This document shows, piece after piece, positions 1-14,500 of a DNA stretch of 64,000 nucleotides. The DNA is from Microthyrium microscopicum. Its lineage: Eukaryota. The position numbers and the translations under genes are program-made. Numbering within the stretch: the first letter of the stretch is position 1; each line of letters starts with the position of its first letter. The stretch is from assembly GCA_010405405.1 (NCBI GenBank), contig MU004230.1, positions 4,358,282 to 4,422,281 of the forward strand. Direction: 5' to 3'. The notes under the pieces are model-generated. The model had not been told where the DNA came from and searched no databases. It saw nothing but the letters and a program-made list of their open reading frames with translations.

Positions 1-2305
1 GCCACGGAACCGCCAACCCTTCTTCGCCGGCGTCAGTGGGAGCTATTGGTAGATGAAGTAGAGTGGAGGTTGTTCTTCTGCAAATCCAGTGCCTGTTGAT
101 TCAACCCTTGCTCGCAATTGGCAATTCAACTGTTGTGTTGGATAGTTCTAAGATCGCACCCTTTGCCAGCGCATGCATTTTTCATGCTCTTGCACTCCAA
201 CGCCCCTGAACCTTTTCATCTCTCCACAACTTCCCCATGGTCGAGCACTTGGATAAGGGACGAGTCCCTGGTTGATCGATTAGCATAAAGAGTTAGTATA
301 CTTAATAATTTCATTCTCTGTTGATCCGCACTTCCTCCCCTGGCGAGTACTCGCCTGTACTATAATATTCCACGGTATTTGAGTAAGGGTTTCTTACATT
401 TAGAGTAACACTATCATAATTCATCATGAGTTGTAAGTCACTTTGCGGTATCTCTGTCGCAGTACGGAAGACGAAAATCAACTAACAAACACAACAAGTA
501 TAATTGAACTTCAAGGCAGGACAGTTCAGCACGTACAAACTGTTTCTATCCCTGCACTATCCTACCTCACATTACCAGACAGCAGCCTACCTAAGGTAGG
601 TTCATATCCGTTACTTCCTATTGCCGGGCTTGGTTCATTTACGTTCGGGTCTGTTCGATCTATGCCCCAAATACTAGCGAGTTTGCAAGTAAATAGTATG
701 AGCAATCCAACTAAACGTCGCGTACAGGTCTGACATATCCTTGGTGTAGTAAATGGAATGCAACTGTATGTCATGAAAGAGGCAGCCTTGTTACGAAAGT
801 ATCGTACCTCTCCAGTCCGCGTATACCTTTTATCGTCTATCTGTGGCGCCTACTCAGTTTCTCCTCCGGGTAATTTGGCGCTCAATCGGTGGCTACACTT
901 ACTAAAGTACACCACCCTGGCACTCCCACTGTCGACCAACAATTTGACAGACAGCATTTCACGCTACCAACAATCCAATACCTTTTTAAAGTAACTGCAC
1001 AAAAAGCCGAAGAGGCCCCCGGGGGTATAGAGGCAGAAGTCTAGATACAAAGATAGAGGTAGTACGCCGTGCATATGGCCCCACAAACATGTGATATAAA
1101 TGTACATATATCGTATGTCGCCTGTATGACCTTGGTAGGTACAAAGTAGTAGGCATATGCACTGCAGCTGTACCCGACAGACCAGATCCCTGAACAAGGG
1201 TAGCTCATGGCTATGGTGGGGAACAGGGCGATCATCATGCTAGAGAAAAGGACCACTCGGGTCGTTTTTAAAACCAGGAAAATGGCAACGGTGAGCAACA
1301 GTGGGTCTTTGTCGAAGCGGGCCGAATAACCGTTCAAACCGACCATGACGAGTCGACGCAAAGTAAATAAATAAAGACACAAGGCCGAGGCCCATTGGAA
1401 ATATGAACTAGGCAGGGAAGATATCAGGCTAACATACGGAATATGCCACGAATATCGATCAATCCATTTGGCGGTGTGAAAACAGTACACAGTTATCCCT
1501 GTCTTTGTTGCTCGGTAGTTGAATGAATTGTAAGCTACAACTCCTAGACTGAAACTGTGTGACCAGTACCAATTGGTATCATGGTAATCCCTTACATGCT
1601 ATGAAGATATAGCGAGGTCATTCCATGTGTCAGGTTGTTTAATGAGCATTAGATCAAAGTAGTTAACATTGGCAGTGATATGGCAAATGGTTGAATAGTT
1701 TATTTGCCCTCTAGCGTGCAGGCAGCCTAACATCAAGAGATGCAGCGATATATCTAGACGCAATACTCTTGGTAATTCCACACATGAAACTGAATTACTT
1801 ATAACTCAAAGGGGTTGCAAAGGCAAGTCTCCCGTAATATGCCAAGAAAATAGAAACAGGCTTGAACGTAACTACAAGTCCTCCTGATGAAATGAAGAAG
1901 AAGAAGGGGTATTCCTGCTGAGAAATGTCAAACGCCGATTTTTGCTTGGAGTTGAAAACGCAAAAGAGATACGATCAGCCAAAAAAGGTTTGGGCAATGA
2001 GCCATGACCGATTGGTGGATAAAAAAATGTACGCCGTTGAGAGTGATAGGAGTGATGGCTGGATCATGACCCCGACCAGCGAAGTCGACATCGTCGTTCT
2101 CTCCTAACCCAAATCTATTATTGCTCGCGATGCCGTTTTTCCTGCCAAAATAAAATTCCATGCTAATAAAGGACGCGTAGTGATGTTAAGACAAAGGGCC
2201 ACCCAGGTGCAAAATGCGAATCGAAGATATCTTCGTAAGGGAGAGTCGTGAATGTGGTATTGGTTAGTTGAGTCGACCAATCGTCAAAGAGGTTTTCCAC
2301 CTTGG

Positions 2306-4283
2306 TCATATATCGGCGAGGAGTGGTTGTTTTGTTCCGGGCACATCCTCGATTGATTGTTGATTTGTATGCGAGCTGGGAAGGGGAGCGATATCAGATG
2401 ATTCGCGATACAGGCCATCTCCTAGTAGCCGTTCCGACTCATCATCATCGATTATGGACTCCTGTTGCACAGGTTCAGACTCTTGCCCAAGGCTGATAAC
2501 AGCTCCAATTACGGCAACGACTGCACAAGTCCACCATGACAAGCCGGAAATGCCAGCTTTGAGACCAGCAGCTTGTACCATTCCAGCAAAAACGGGACCT
2601 AAAGTTCGGGCAAGACTTGCAGCAGAGGCCACGAAGCCGTTGAGTGTTCCCAAAACATTCTTCGAAGGTGTATGGTTGACGAGCATGATGTTGCTGGATG
2701 GATATGAGAGCGCTTGGCCTGTAACCTTCCACACAAGAATAATACCAATGCCAATGTGCTGAATGAATCCAGGGGCCAGAGTGAGATATGGTACAAGACA
2801 ATAGAGAACGGGATAAGAGAAGATGACCAATCGGAATGTTCGGAGAGGACCTAGTCTGGCGACGATCAAGGGAAAGACAACTAGCTGAGCAATGACTTGC
2901 AGTCCACCTTGAACGGCAAGGATCATGCCAATGGTTTTCGTGGTCAACTCCAGGCCGCCGAGAAATTTGAAGGGTAGGTGAGCCGGAATATCGGATTTAG
3001 GCATGCTAAACAAAATTGGTAAAAGTTGTTCAAACGAAATGGTATGGCTGTTGCACGTGAGCATAATTTCTCTCCGCTAAATGGAGTACTTACAATGCCA
3101 AAACTCCGTATGACATGATTATAAGCCTGATTTGCGGCGTGAGCATCTCTCTTATGGCATATCGCTTTCGTGAAACTGGCAGTGCTGGTGATAGTGCATC
3201 TCCTTGTAACAGCGATGGGGAGGACTCGACGGAATCAAAACTCTTTTTCTCATCTTCGAACGGTAGCATTAGCTTTCCTTCTTCTTGATCTTGGGTGATT
3301 TGGGCTTTGGAACTGAATAGGCCAAGAAACCAGTTGCCCAAAGTTAATCCAACATCTTTCCGATCTTTCTTCTCTTCGTGGGTTTCCTCCAAGAATAGAA
3401 TGCCAAAGATAAAGCTGACTGCAACGCAGGCAGTGCATACTAGGTTGGGGAGTAGGTATGGAAATTTGTCGAAAATTGAGCCTTTGTGGAATGTGTTTGG
3501 ATAGTTCTTCACCGGCTCTGCAAGGGATCCGCCAATGGCTGCGCCTATCATGGAACTAATACTGGTTAGCTAACTCGGAAGGATTTGGAGTTTGAGTTGC
3601 CTTACCCAACGCTCCATACAAAAGGCATAATAGAGAATGCGCGAGCTGCATAAGGTCAGTTGATGTTGCCCAACAAGTCGACCGATATCATTGGGTACGT
3701 ACGTTGGTGCTCTTTGTTGGTAACAACTTCAGCTACGACAGTTGATAGGACCCCGATATTTCTGACGAGAAAGTTAGAATTTTCATTGGTGAGACCTGCA
3801 TGTGTGACGTGGACGTACCCATTCAAGATGCCGCCTAACGCGCGAGCAAGAAGCGCCATTGGCAGATTGGGAGCAAATCCAAACATAAGCATACTGATGC
3901 CAGTGCCAAATATACCGGTCAAAAGAACTGGTTTTCTCCCAATACTATCGCTCAAGCGACCCCAAAATAGGCTGGCCATGAATTCTGCCATGGCAAAGGC
4001 TGATGTTACAATTCCGGCGTAGAAGGCGATCTGTCGCTCATCATCTGTAATGTCGAAGGATTTGACCATGTAGTAAATGTAAGGGAAAATGGACATGAAT
4101 GCTATTGGCTCGCATAATCGACATAATGCTAGGGTATGACCAGTTAGCACACACCGCTTCTAAAGTTTAGTCTTCAAGATTCGACAACTCACCCAAGATG
4201 AACAGTTGTCTTGTTGGAAAAGATTTTGAACTCTTGTTCGTCGCTGGCGACGCCCGCCGAAAGATTGAAGTTCCAAAAGCCAT
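2306..4283 (-). CDS. Major facilitator superfamily transporter (DHA1/TetA-like, YCR023C/ZIF-type), 6 exons
   Basis: ATG at 4283. GT-AG introns at 4129-4192, 3762-3818, 3646-3702, 3556-3605 and 3048-3093 join ORFs 3656-4150, 3090-3551 and 2306-3064 in frame. MFS motif A 'WGRLSDSIGRKPVL'; family motifs 'CRLCEPIAFMSIFPY' and 'FPYLLPNL'; many hydrophobic helices. Confidence 0.93.
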
Positions 4284-7186
4284 CTATGCAATGTTGTTTG
4301 TAGATAGTCGAGTACAGGGATGGATCCAGAGTTGGGAATAGAGGAATTGAGTTAATTTCTTTGCAGCATCTGAGTTGAATAAGAACAAGGATGTTTTCTT
4401 ATGGAATAGATATATCCAGGAGGTAGGGCGAGTAGTTGTTGTGATTGTTGTCAAGAAGTTTTCGCAACTAATTGTGATCAAGGGAAAGGAACGTGGAAGG
4501 ATTTAATAGTGCAATGGAATGTGATGTGGGAGGACAATGAGATCAGTGTGAGACAACAGAGATGGCAAGGCGAAAAGGCCAAGAGAGGTATTGTTTCGCG
4601 GCGGGCAGACAAGTATGTATATCTTTTTTGGCTTTGGGTTTGTGCCTGTTTGGGAAAGGGGGCAAACGAACAATTACGCAGAGGGACAATAGGCAAATCC
4701 GGTCCTACAACAAGGTTCAAGGATGGTTGGCCGGGATAGCTCCCCGTTTCCACAAGATACAACTGATGCTCGCCTCTTGTCTTTTTTCGCCGGGAGGATC
4801 TCACCGGGGAGCTGGTGTTATGTGCCGCCCGGCCATTAAGTAGGATTACACCACTTGCTTTGCAGCTTGAGCCGATGCTGTAACATGCGCCGTGTGTTAA
4901 GCAGCAATCAATTATCAGCATTGCCATGCTGGAGCTGCATGGACAAGCAATGATAGATCGCCTATTCTAGAATCCAGGGCCCAGCGTGCTGCGTGCCAGG
5001 CAAAGCAGCCCCATCACCACATCGCTTCTCAGCCCGTCGGCGTCAGTCGTAGTAGTCAAGACGGCCGGCAGTCAAGGAAGTCGGTCCCAGCGAAGACCAA
5101 ACCAAACCGCGTGGGCGGGAAGGACGATCCAGTACTACTGTTGCTAGTGCGTAACCCCTGAACCTCCTTCGAAACTCAAATCCGAGCAGTCGAGAAATGA
5201 TGGATCGTGATTGATGGAAGCTTTTTAGCTCCAAGACTGACCTGACCCATCCACAGCCCACAGCCCACAGGCTACCAGCCCATGCGCACCATGGAACGCT
5301 GGAGATAGTTTGGGGGCATGAAGCGCGGAAAGCCGCCAACGCCTGGTACTCGTGCAGGGCAACTGTTGGCGGTGCCTCTTGCTGTCTTCGCCTTGCTGCA
5401 CGCTGGCTGGAGCTAGTTCCAACTACTAGTCGTAGTCAAATCTCAAAGGATTCCAACTTACTACTACTCACAGCCGGACTGGAAGAGATGACACTAAACC
5501 TGCACAAGCAGGGAAGGCTTGAAATCGCATTCAAACCCTCGCCTCAAAGTTAGAATTACTTCTAATTCTAGAGCCAGGTCTTGCTGCAGGGCGAGGTCAC
5601 GATGTGCTGTGAGACGACGTCAATGATAACTTCTGATAGCGAAAATTTCATCCAGGTTCGGATCAATTTGGGATCATTTCAACGGTGGAAAGTGGCTGCC
5701 TCGGCCGACAGCTGAAGCGGATCTGATTTCATAGAAACGAATCTTTTCACAACCCAGAGCGGCGCGGTAGTAAGGTGCCATCACATTATTTGACGCCAAC
5801 CTTTTGATCGCAAGAGCAGTCGAAATTTGCTTGTGCTTCGTCTTTGCTCGCTGTGCGCTCTTTGCGCTCAATGATAGCCTTGTGGTTGGGATCGTCATCG
5901 CTTGTTCAGTTTCAGACCAGTGCCACTAAATTGAACAACGTTGTCCCCAAAAGCGGATACTTTGGGAGAGCGAACTTCAAAGGCCACGACTCCTGGATGA
6001 ACTCGTGATCCAATGCTCACTGTCCGGCAGGGGAAAGTAGGGCCTTGATGTGCGTCGTGCCTCCACGCTCAAAAAGCTTCCCCCCATGTCAAGTTCCATT
6101 TGGAAGCACCTCACGCAACACTTCAAGAAGCACTGGAAGTCGTCAAACCAGCCACAAGGCCCGTCTAGCCGGCTAACAAGTCAAAGCGACCGGGGAGGAC
6201 AAGTGGTGCGTTGAGCTTTCGCCAAACGGTGTATTGGACCCGGCAGGAGGTCACCAGAGAGCGCGATCCCGTATTTCCGGATGCTGAGGCGCACGCCAAT
6301 GGCTGGCCCATGGAACTGCTTCCACAAATCAAAAGTCCATGTTACGAGCGTTCCTGTTCGAATTTCGATCCAAGGTCGCGGCCCCTGTAGCGATTCAGAG
6401 CTAGGTCCAAAGCCTCACACCTCATCAAAAAACTCCCCGATGATGAAGCGCAGGAGGCCCCTTGTTGGTTGTCAGCCCTTTCTCAGGGATAGCAGTTGGT
6501 TGTAGAAATTGTTGGGGGGGAAGTTAAGTCAACCGTAACTTCCATCTAATTTGTTGAGCCAACTGCTGCATGCACTTCCCAACTGCATATCGTCCACTTG
6601 ATCATCAACATTGATTAATAGCGGTACTAAATAGCGGTGAGATTCAATAAGGCAAAATTATACTTTTCTGCCTTTGTAAAACATGATGGCTTCTCGAATC
6701 GTTAATTGTGTAAGCTCGGTGAGCGGCCACGCAGCATAGCCATTCCTGCCCGCATGGAATCATGAATGATGAGAGTCGCAAGCGGCCAGAGGTCGAGCTG
6801 GTAGGAACACTAACTGCAGACTGCATATGCAAGGCGAATGCTGGGAACACTACAGCTCAAACGATATTCTGGCTGCCTTTCCTGATATTGAGTTGATGGA
6901 CAAATTAGGGTGCCGTCCAAATCCAATGAAATAGGAGTTACGCCAATAACGTACCTACGACAAGTAGTTTGCTTTGATCAAATCTTGCTGCACCTCTTTT
7001 ACTTGTCATAGTTTATATTCTTTTCCAAGTGATTTTATTTATGGAGCACAGGAGCAAGCAATGCATGCACTGCATCCTGCAAGGTATGCCATCAAAGTCT
7101 CGGGATGTTCCCTCTACAAAGGATATCGTCGGGTCATTCATATCGAGTTGAAACAATCAATGCCTATCGACCCATTTCTCGCAATG

Positions 7187-7395
7187 TGACTTGCAGCGCA
7201 GGAGTCGAATCGGAATCATGGCTACTGATGATGTATTACATTCCGGAAATGTAATACATCCTGTCAATTCCGAGTGATCCTGATTTCCAAGCTTTATTGA
7301 ACACCGCCTCGCTAGCGAGTTATCGTGTAAAGTTCAGTACGGGATCACTCAATCACCCGAATGAGCCCCTGATCATTGATTCCTGAGTGCAGTCA
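7187..7395 (+). other. Intergenic multibranch stem-loop element (candidate structured ncRNA or foldback element)
   Basis: Perfect 13-bp inverted repeat 7230-7242/7248-7260. TCGGAAT 7210-7216 pairs with ATTCCGA 7267-7273. GAGTGATCCTG 7272-7282 pairs with CGGGATCACTC 7340-7350. An outer stem pairs 7187-7206 with 7378-7395. Most non-Watson-Crick positions are G-U on the + strand. Confidence 0.5.
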
Positions 7396-10300
7396 AAAAG
7401 TTTAGTACCGTACTTGTAACCAGGACTTGCGGTAAGCAACCTCCATCATTTCCCAGCTTGGCGGAATTTTCGATATATCGCTTCCAGAAAGTTGTGCCTT
7501 AAACTTGCGACAACCTCAAGTAGTACGAAGGTACGATCCAATTCGCTTAATACGACTCGAAGACACGCCTATCATACATAGAAACATCGCTAGGTAGATA
7601 CGTGTCCTAGTAATGTCTCGCAAGTCTTAACAAGCTGTCGGGCTGGTGTGCTACGGGTACAAGCTTCCAATTCCTTATAGAATTTTCTCCAGATCCGGTT
7701 GAACGTCGAGGCCACCACCGTCTCTTCAAATGCCAATCAAGACCATTATCACACACTACGTTCGGACCTCTCGTTGTAACAGTTAAACGAATATTAAGAC
7801 ATATTGAAATAATGTTTGATGATGACCTGAAGTGTAGGTAGGCTGTGCTCCACAGGATGATGCACTTTAGAGAGATAAATCAGAGTTCATCCCCAGTCAA
7901 ACGTTTCGTGGCGTTAGATTCGTCACCACTAAGGTCGCTTCATCACACATGAGAGTGCAGTCACAACACCATGAACTACGGCCAATTGAATTACTGTAAG
8001 AAGCCTTGTCATCGCACAACACAATTGTCATCAGGAGTTGAGTACCCAATAATATAATCATACCTCGGTCCTGCGCACAAAAATCCAGCGGCTGGATGAT
8101 CCAGCTGTGGCTAAAGATAAACCGGTCCTGGTGGAGATTAACGCCCGCGGAGCACTCCCGATTCTAGCGGACCATCGGGCCGGCCTTGTCGTTGGCGAAT
8201 ATTGTCTTTTCCGCGCACGCCTATTTGTTTAAAAAGCGGTGGCTAATTTGTCTTTTTTGTTATTGGTCAAAGTGCTTTTTCTTTCACCCAGTGTCTTGGA
8301 TTCTCAACCCCAGCTCTGTCACAGCTTGCGTGGCGCCAGAAGGCTGTCTGTGCCTCATCTTCAAATAACGTGCGGTATTTATTTTGCCAGCTCGCCTTAT
8401 AGCAAAATATTTCTATATCCCAAGCCGCCAAATGCGGTCCTTGTTTTAGGAATCTGGAACAACGTGGGTGATTTTATGGAAGCGCACTTCGTCAAAGCAA
8501 AAAAGCAACCCTCGATTCAGGCTGAAGATCTCAACCATGCTCGAATCGACCTATCTAACCACCCTGTTAGACGCGGCTCTGTGCCTTTCACCCTGTGGTC
8601 GCTCGCGTGTCATCTCTCGTCCAGGATATAAATGCGACCGCTTGGCTAGATGCTCGCACATGAACCCGTCAGGCCTTCTTCAGCAACCTCCGGTCAAGCG
8701 AAGCCCCTCTTTGCTCTCAGTGGTGCCACGCAGCATAGTTTTCTCACAGCAAAGAAGCGGTGGGGCCTGCACACAAGATTTGTGCGGCAACCGCGGGAAT
8801 CTCAAGTATTCGGACCGAATGAACACATGGCTTTCATATGTCGTGTAACAATCGTTTTCTCAGGTCGACTGAGAGCACGAGGTCGGATCAATGGAAGGAG
8901 AAAAGAGAAAATGTGATAATGCGGGAGGAAAGAGGATTTTTATACTGACCGAGAACCCTCGGGCTGTGCCATCATTACACAGCATATTGCTAAAATCAAA
9001 AGTACGAAGTGTACCTTGGCTCTTGGTAGGGCGATGTTTGAACGTGACCTAGTTTGAGGACTATTCCACCAATGGCCCGGGCCGATATGTAGGAAACTGC
9101 ATGATGGATTCACTGGCATCGTTGCTCCTTCACCTGCATGTCTCGCGCATGCTCGCATTAGTGCAGAGACAGCGAACTCACGCCAAATCTGGCTGTCTTT
9201 ATGCCAACCCCACGTTGATGACTGGCTGCATGCGGACAGTCAGTCTTCCATGGAATAGAGAGAACATAAAATCGAGGTTTGACGTAGGCTGGTGAGTCTA
9301 TCAACGACTTCTTCACAAGCCGATGTGACGATCAGCACAATGCTATGCAGACAGAACAGACAAGTTGATCCCGCTTCTGCACACACTTATCACTTAAGAT
9401 GAGTGACGTTGTAGTTGCATTAAATGCATGTACCTTTATCACTATACAAGTTTTTGTACTGGTTTAAGTCACTTGTCCTATTTATAGCTCGAGCTAGTAT
9501 AATGAATTCAACTTCGAGTCAATGTCTAAGCTGCCCGAAATACTGCTTTGTATGAAGTATCTGTTAACTGAGACATACATCTCTTTCATCGCTGCCGCGA
9601 AGCCCTGATTTGCCCCGAAATGTACGAGGGATTTCGTTTTTTGTTATTGGTACCTAGCTTCGTGTGTAAGAAATCTAGAAAGCTGCAGCTGTTGTTATAA
9701 GTTTGTAGGCTATCAATCAGTCCATTACAGTACGCTTCACCGCTCTACGTATATCATTTATCAGAGGTAAAGTACCCAGTGAAGAAAACTAATGTCATAC
9801 AAATCAATAAAACCCAAAACTTTCTCAACATTGCTCTACAGGACTCATCGAGGCAGCTTGATGACACGATGCTATATCTCCCAAATGTGCTCAATAGGTA
9901 CGCACCATCTAGATCTACCTGCCTACCTAGGTACCTACACGATTCTGTTTCACGGCCTCCAAGGTCCCCTAACTTCCAGGCTGAGATAGGAACGGGAACG
10001 TGGTCGATACGTAAGCACGGTCGTCTGTATGGTGAGCTACCTCTGCTAAGTTCTCAACCAGCAGAGTTGCCTCCTTTCCTCCACACCCACTTGCGAAAGG
10101 CCCATATGTTTTTCTGCGCTCTATCTTGACATATTTAATGTAATTCATGTCACTGTATATTTCATCACTCAACTCTAGGCACATTGCCTTGTTTTCGTAA
10201 CAATGAAGCTCATTGGCAAGTGATGGTCCAGGACGACTTCACGTGAAGTTGATATTGATACAACTAGCAAGAAAAAGCAATTCTTGAATCGCCATGAAAC

Positions 10301-11537
10301 ATCTACTATAGAATGCTTGTACCAACTCAAACCTTAAAATGATACACGCGGAAGATCTCAAAGTCATAGAATGGAAAATTCATTCTTGTAAACTCCTGAT
10401 ATTCTTACTTTAGACACCGATACTCTCAAACGATCTAGCATCTCCCTTTGGAAGACGCTTCCCGCTGAATTAGAGAACATGATCCCGTCTCTTCCAGGCC
10501 GAAAAGGCTAAAGCCTTTACTACTACTTCAAAGCGATGGTAAGAATTCCAATAGTCCACTTCAACTTTCCGCTGCCACAAACTCAAACCTCAGCAAACCA
10601 TCATCTAACGTCCTCTCACGAAACCTTTGAAGTTGGAACCCGTCACTCTCAAGCAGCCGCCGATTTCGCACCAAGTACCGAGAAACCCAACCAAAAAAGA
10701 AAAGGGGCATGACCTCTTTAAAAGAAATCAAAAAAGCTGGGGACGCTAAACATATCCACGGCTCTGGTCCACTGATCCAGGTACTAGCCCCAGGAACAAG
10801 ACCTCCAAAATAAATAAATAAGGGGCGGTTGGATCAGGATGAAGATACTTAGCGCGGGCCGGGGATTTTTAGCAGGTCGTCAGTCGTCTCCCCTTTTGTT
10901 TGGTGCGGAAGTTTTAACCGCTAGTGTTGCTAATTAACCTTTTCTAAAAGGTAGCAGTTCTGCACAACCCCCGGGCGCCCCTTGATTTTTTAGTGCTGGT
11001 GGAGAGGCGAACGTGGTTGTCTACCGTTAAGCGCAGAGGAAGTGCTGTTTATATCCACTTGCTTATGGAGGGCTGCGCTAATCATGGAGCGGTCGGGTGG
11101 TTCGGGTGTACCTGACGTCGGTCCCGAGGTGGCGAGAGGGATAAGGAGGTGGAGGAGGACATGTAAATGACTACCGTAGGTATACAGGGTAGGGAGGGTT
11201 GATAGCGAGATAGTTCATGATCAGCTGGCTCATGTTCGAGATGTGCAATACTCATTGAGAGCGCTGCGTTTTCAGGAGTATCAGTAAAGACGATAGCAGA
11301 GTCTAATTGCATAATCTTGAATTGAGTGAAGACGTGAGTAGATTCTAGAATGTAAACATTGTGACAATACAAATTAGTCTTTCCATCTAACCACACAGTC
11401 TAATGATCCGCCCACAATATAACTATAAACTAGAAAATACACCGCTTGGAAAAGAAAACAACTCGCCCCGGAGCCATGCGTACAAATGAAAAAGACGAGG
11501 CACATAAACCCCAACGGACCTCTACATCCAAACCGTA

Positions 11538-14500
11538 TTACGTGTGCGCCTGCTTCTCTATATCTTTTTCTACTTCACCCGCCTCAAGCTTCTTGTTCTC
11601 AGGCGGCGTTACTGGATCTCTTGAAATTTCAGCTCTGCTGTCGAGCCCGTCGTCACTGCTCTTGTCCGCACTCATGTGCGACGCTGCGCCCTTTGCTGGC
11701 GCAGCTTCTTCGACTGTGCGGGCACTCTTCTTCGGTACTCGCGCGAGCCAGTATAGGAATAGCGCACCGACGATATTGAAGATGACAAAGGCCCACATGA
11801 TGCCAAAGTTGCGCCATCTGTCCTCATAGCGACTGTTGACCTGTGCCAAAAATGTGTTGCTGTCACTGATACTGCAGAAGGCGCAGGTATCCGTCGCCGC
11901 TGGGTTTTGGAGATAGCCACCAGCACTTGAAATCCAGGCCTTCATGTAGTCGCCGCAGTTTTGACCAGAGGGCGGTGTGAACATGAGGTATTCGTAATCG
12001 AGGCAGGTGACGGGAGCATTGGCGGTGCCGACACTCAGCATGGAGCTGGCGAGGTAGCTGAAGGGCGAGACATAGTACATGAATTTCCAGAAGCCAGGGA
12101 GGGCGGTGGGCGTGGCGAGGACACCGCAGAAGATAAGGATGAGGGAGAACATGAGATTGGCAATGTTGCCGCCTGCTTCGGCGGTGTCAATGGCGGCGAT
12201 GCAGAGATGGCCGAAGGTGGAGGTGAAGATTAGGAAAACCCAGATGAGGAGGAAGAAGAGAGCGCCGCGTTCGTGGACGGAGTTGGTTGGGATTGCGTTA
12301 TTGTAGAAACCGACGGGACTGGAATTTGTTAGCTGGGCATGGTGCTGGAGTTTTAGGAATACTTACTAGTACCAGCAGAAGTACATGATAACTGCCATTA
12401 GTGTTTGCCAAGGGAGTTCAGCAATGATGTTTGAGAGCATGAATGCCTTCCAGGAGTACGTCTTTGAAGGTCTCTCGCGGACTTCGTACAGAGCTCTTTG
12501 CACGACGAAATGCGGCATGAGCTGTTGAATGAGTTGACCAAAGATGGTGAACAACATGAAGATGGCGAACATCTGATTTTGTAGACCTTGGATAGACAGA
12601 GTAGCCTTGAAGAAAGAGAAACCGATGAAGAGTGCAGAGAATGTACAGAGGGATGCTTTGGCGTAGATGTAGTTGGGAGTTCTCCAGTATTGTTGGAACA
12701 CACGTCGTTGAACAGCAACCATCTGAGTTGTGAATGATGCAGCAAACTCCGAGTACGAAGCCTTATCCTTTTTCTCATTCTTCGCGGCCATGAGTTGTGG
12801 GCGTTCTGTCTTGATGTTTTGGAGCTCGCGTTGTACATCCTCATATTCTGGGCTGTTGCGCCAGGCTTGAAACCAGTCAACATCACTGGAAGAACCTGGT
12901 GCAGCACCAATGACTTCGAGCATCCATTCAGCGGGATTGGCATCTGGTGGACAAGGGATGCCGCCGTTGCGTTCAAAGTATTTGATCAAAGTCTGGGAGT
13001 TCTCTCCGATTTCTCCAAAGTAGACGGTTTGGCCGCCTCGCTTGAGGAACAGAAGTCGGTCGAATCGTTGAAACAGCATGGCAGAGGGTTGATGGATGGT
13101 GCAGAGAATAGCTTGGCCGTTCTTGGTGAGTTTCTCCATTAGATCGCAAATAGCCCAGGAAGTCTGAGAATCAAGACCAGATGTAGGTTCGTCGAGGAAA
13201 AGTAGAAGTTCTGGCTTGGCAGCCAACTCGACACCGATAGTTAGACGTTTACGTTGTTCGACATTGAGACCTTCACCAGGAACACCAACGACAGCATCGG
13301 CATATTCCTCCATGTCAAGTAGCTTAATGACCTCATCAACGTAGGCCAATTTCTCTGCGCGAGGAAGATGCTTTGGCTGTCGAAGAAGAGCACTAAAGTT
13401 GAGGGCTTCGCGAACTGTACTGGTTTGAAGATGTAGATCTTGTTGCTGAACATAACCGGTCTTGCGTTGGAAAGAAGTGTCCCGCTGCAATCCATCAACC
13501 AGCATCTCGCCCGTGACAACACCCATAGTGGTACGCGTGGCGAGAGCATCCAACAAAGTAGTTTTACCAGCGCCAGAGACACCCATCAAAGCAGTCAGGG
13601 TTCCAGGCTTGACCCAACCGTCGACATGATCGAGAATGACACGGGTTTCCTTCTTGATCGGGACACTGTAGCAAACGTCCTTCCAGGAGAATACGGCGGT
13701 TTGTTTCTGAATGCCTTCGAAAATGGTTGTTTCTTTCTTCAGAGCGCCGACGGAGCCTACTCTTTCAAGTGCATTTTCTTCATCATCTTTGCCCCGTTTT
13801 GGCAAGCGAGAGCGAGGCCAGACCAGCACTTCACCCTTGCTCTTCTTTTCTGAAACGAACTCAGCTGCAACAAGGTATGCGACCATAAGACCAATCATGA
13901 AAGCAAGCATGATGCCATAGTTGCGCCATTTGTGTGCATGGTAGTACGCAAATGATTGGCCAATATAATCATCACCATTGACTTTCAAGGATCCTTCTAC
14001 TGATCCGGTGACGGTGCAAATTTTGTGGTTTGGAGTCGTATCGTAACCCGGCCCTTGGGGAAGAACATTGGAGCACGAGAAATTGCGGCCGTGGAATTCG
14101 TTGACCATCAGAGACTCGAAGCCATAGGCTACAGGATCAAGGTAGTTGATCCATCTTGACCACCCAAGCATGTTCTTGATGGGAATGGCAAATCCAGTAT
14201 AAATGATAATAGCCAATATGAGTATACCTGCGGGAGCCAGAGCCTGGGACAGAGATCGTGATACCGACGCAATGAAACGGAACAGCATGGACATGACCAG
14301 GGTGAGAGTGAAGGTGGTGAGCAGGAAGAAGAAGAATGGGCCTGGCTCTCTCCGAAGGTTTACCATGAAGTACAGTACGACGTTGAAGAATATAGCGTTC
14401 AAGACTTTATATGGCAGATCCATGAGCATACTTGCGAATGCTTCCGCAGAAGGATGGTACAGTGCGTATCTGGCATGCTTTTCGACAATAGGCCGTTGTG

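Noticed and set aside
1041..1530. Possible RIP-degraded ORF or transposon relic in the TpA-rich 0.3-1.8 kb region
   Set aside because: No recognisable transposase or RT motifs, and stop density in the best frame is not clearly below random.
7225..7265. CTGATGA followed by a long stem, resembling a hammerhead ribozyme core
   Set aside because: The stem is not followed by the required GAAA and no stems I/III with an NUH site are evident.
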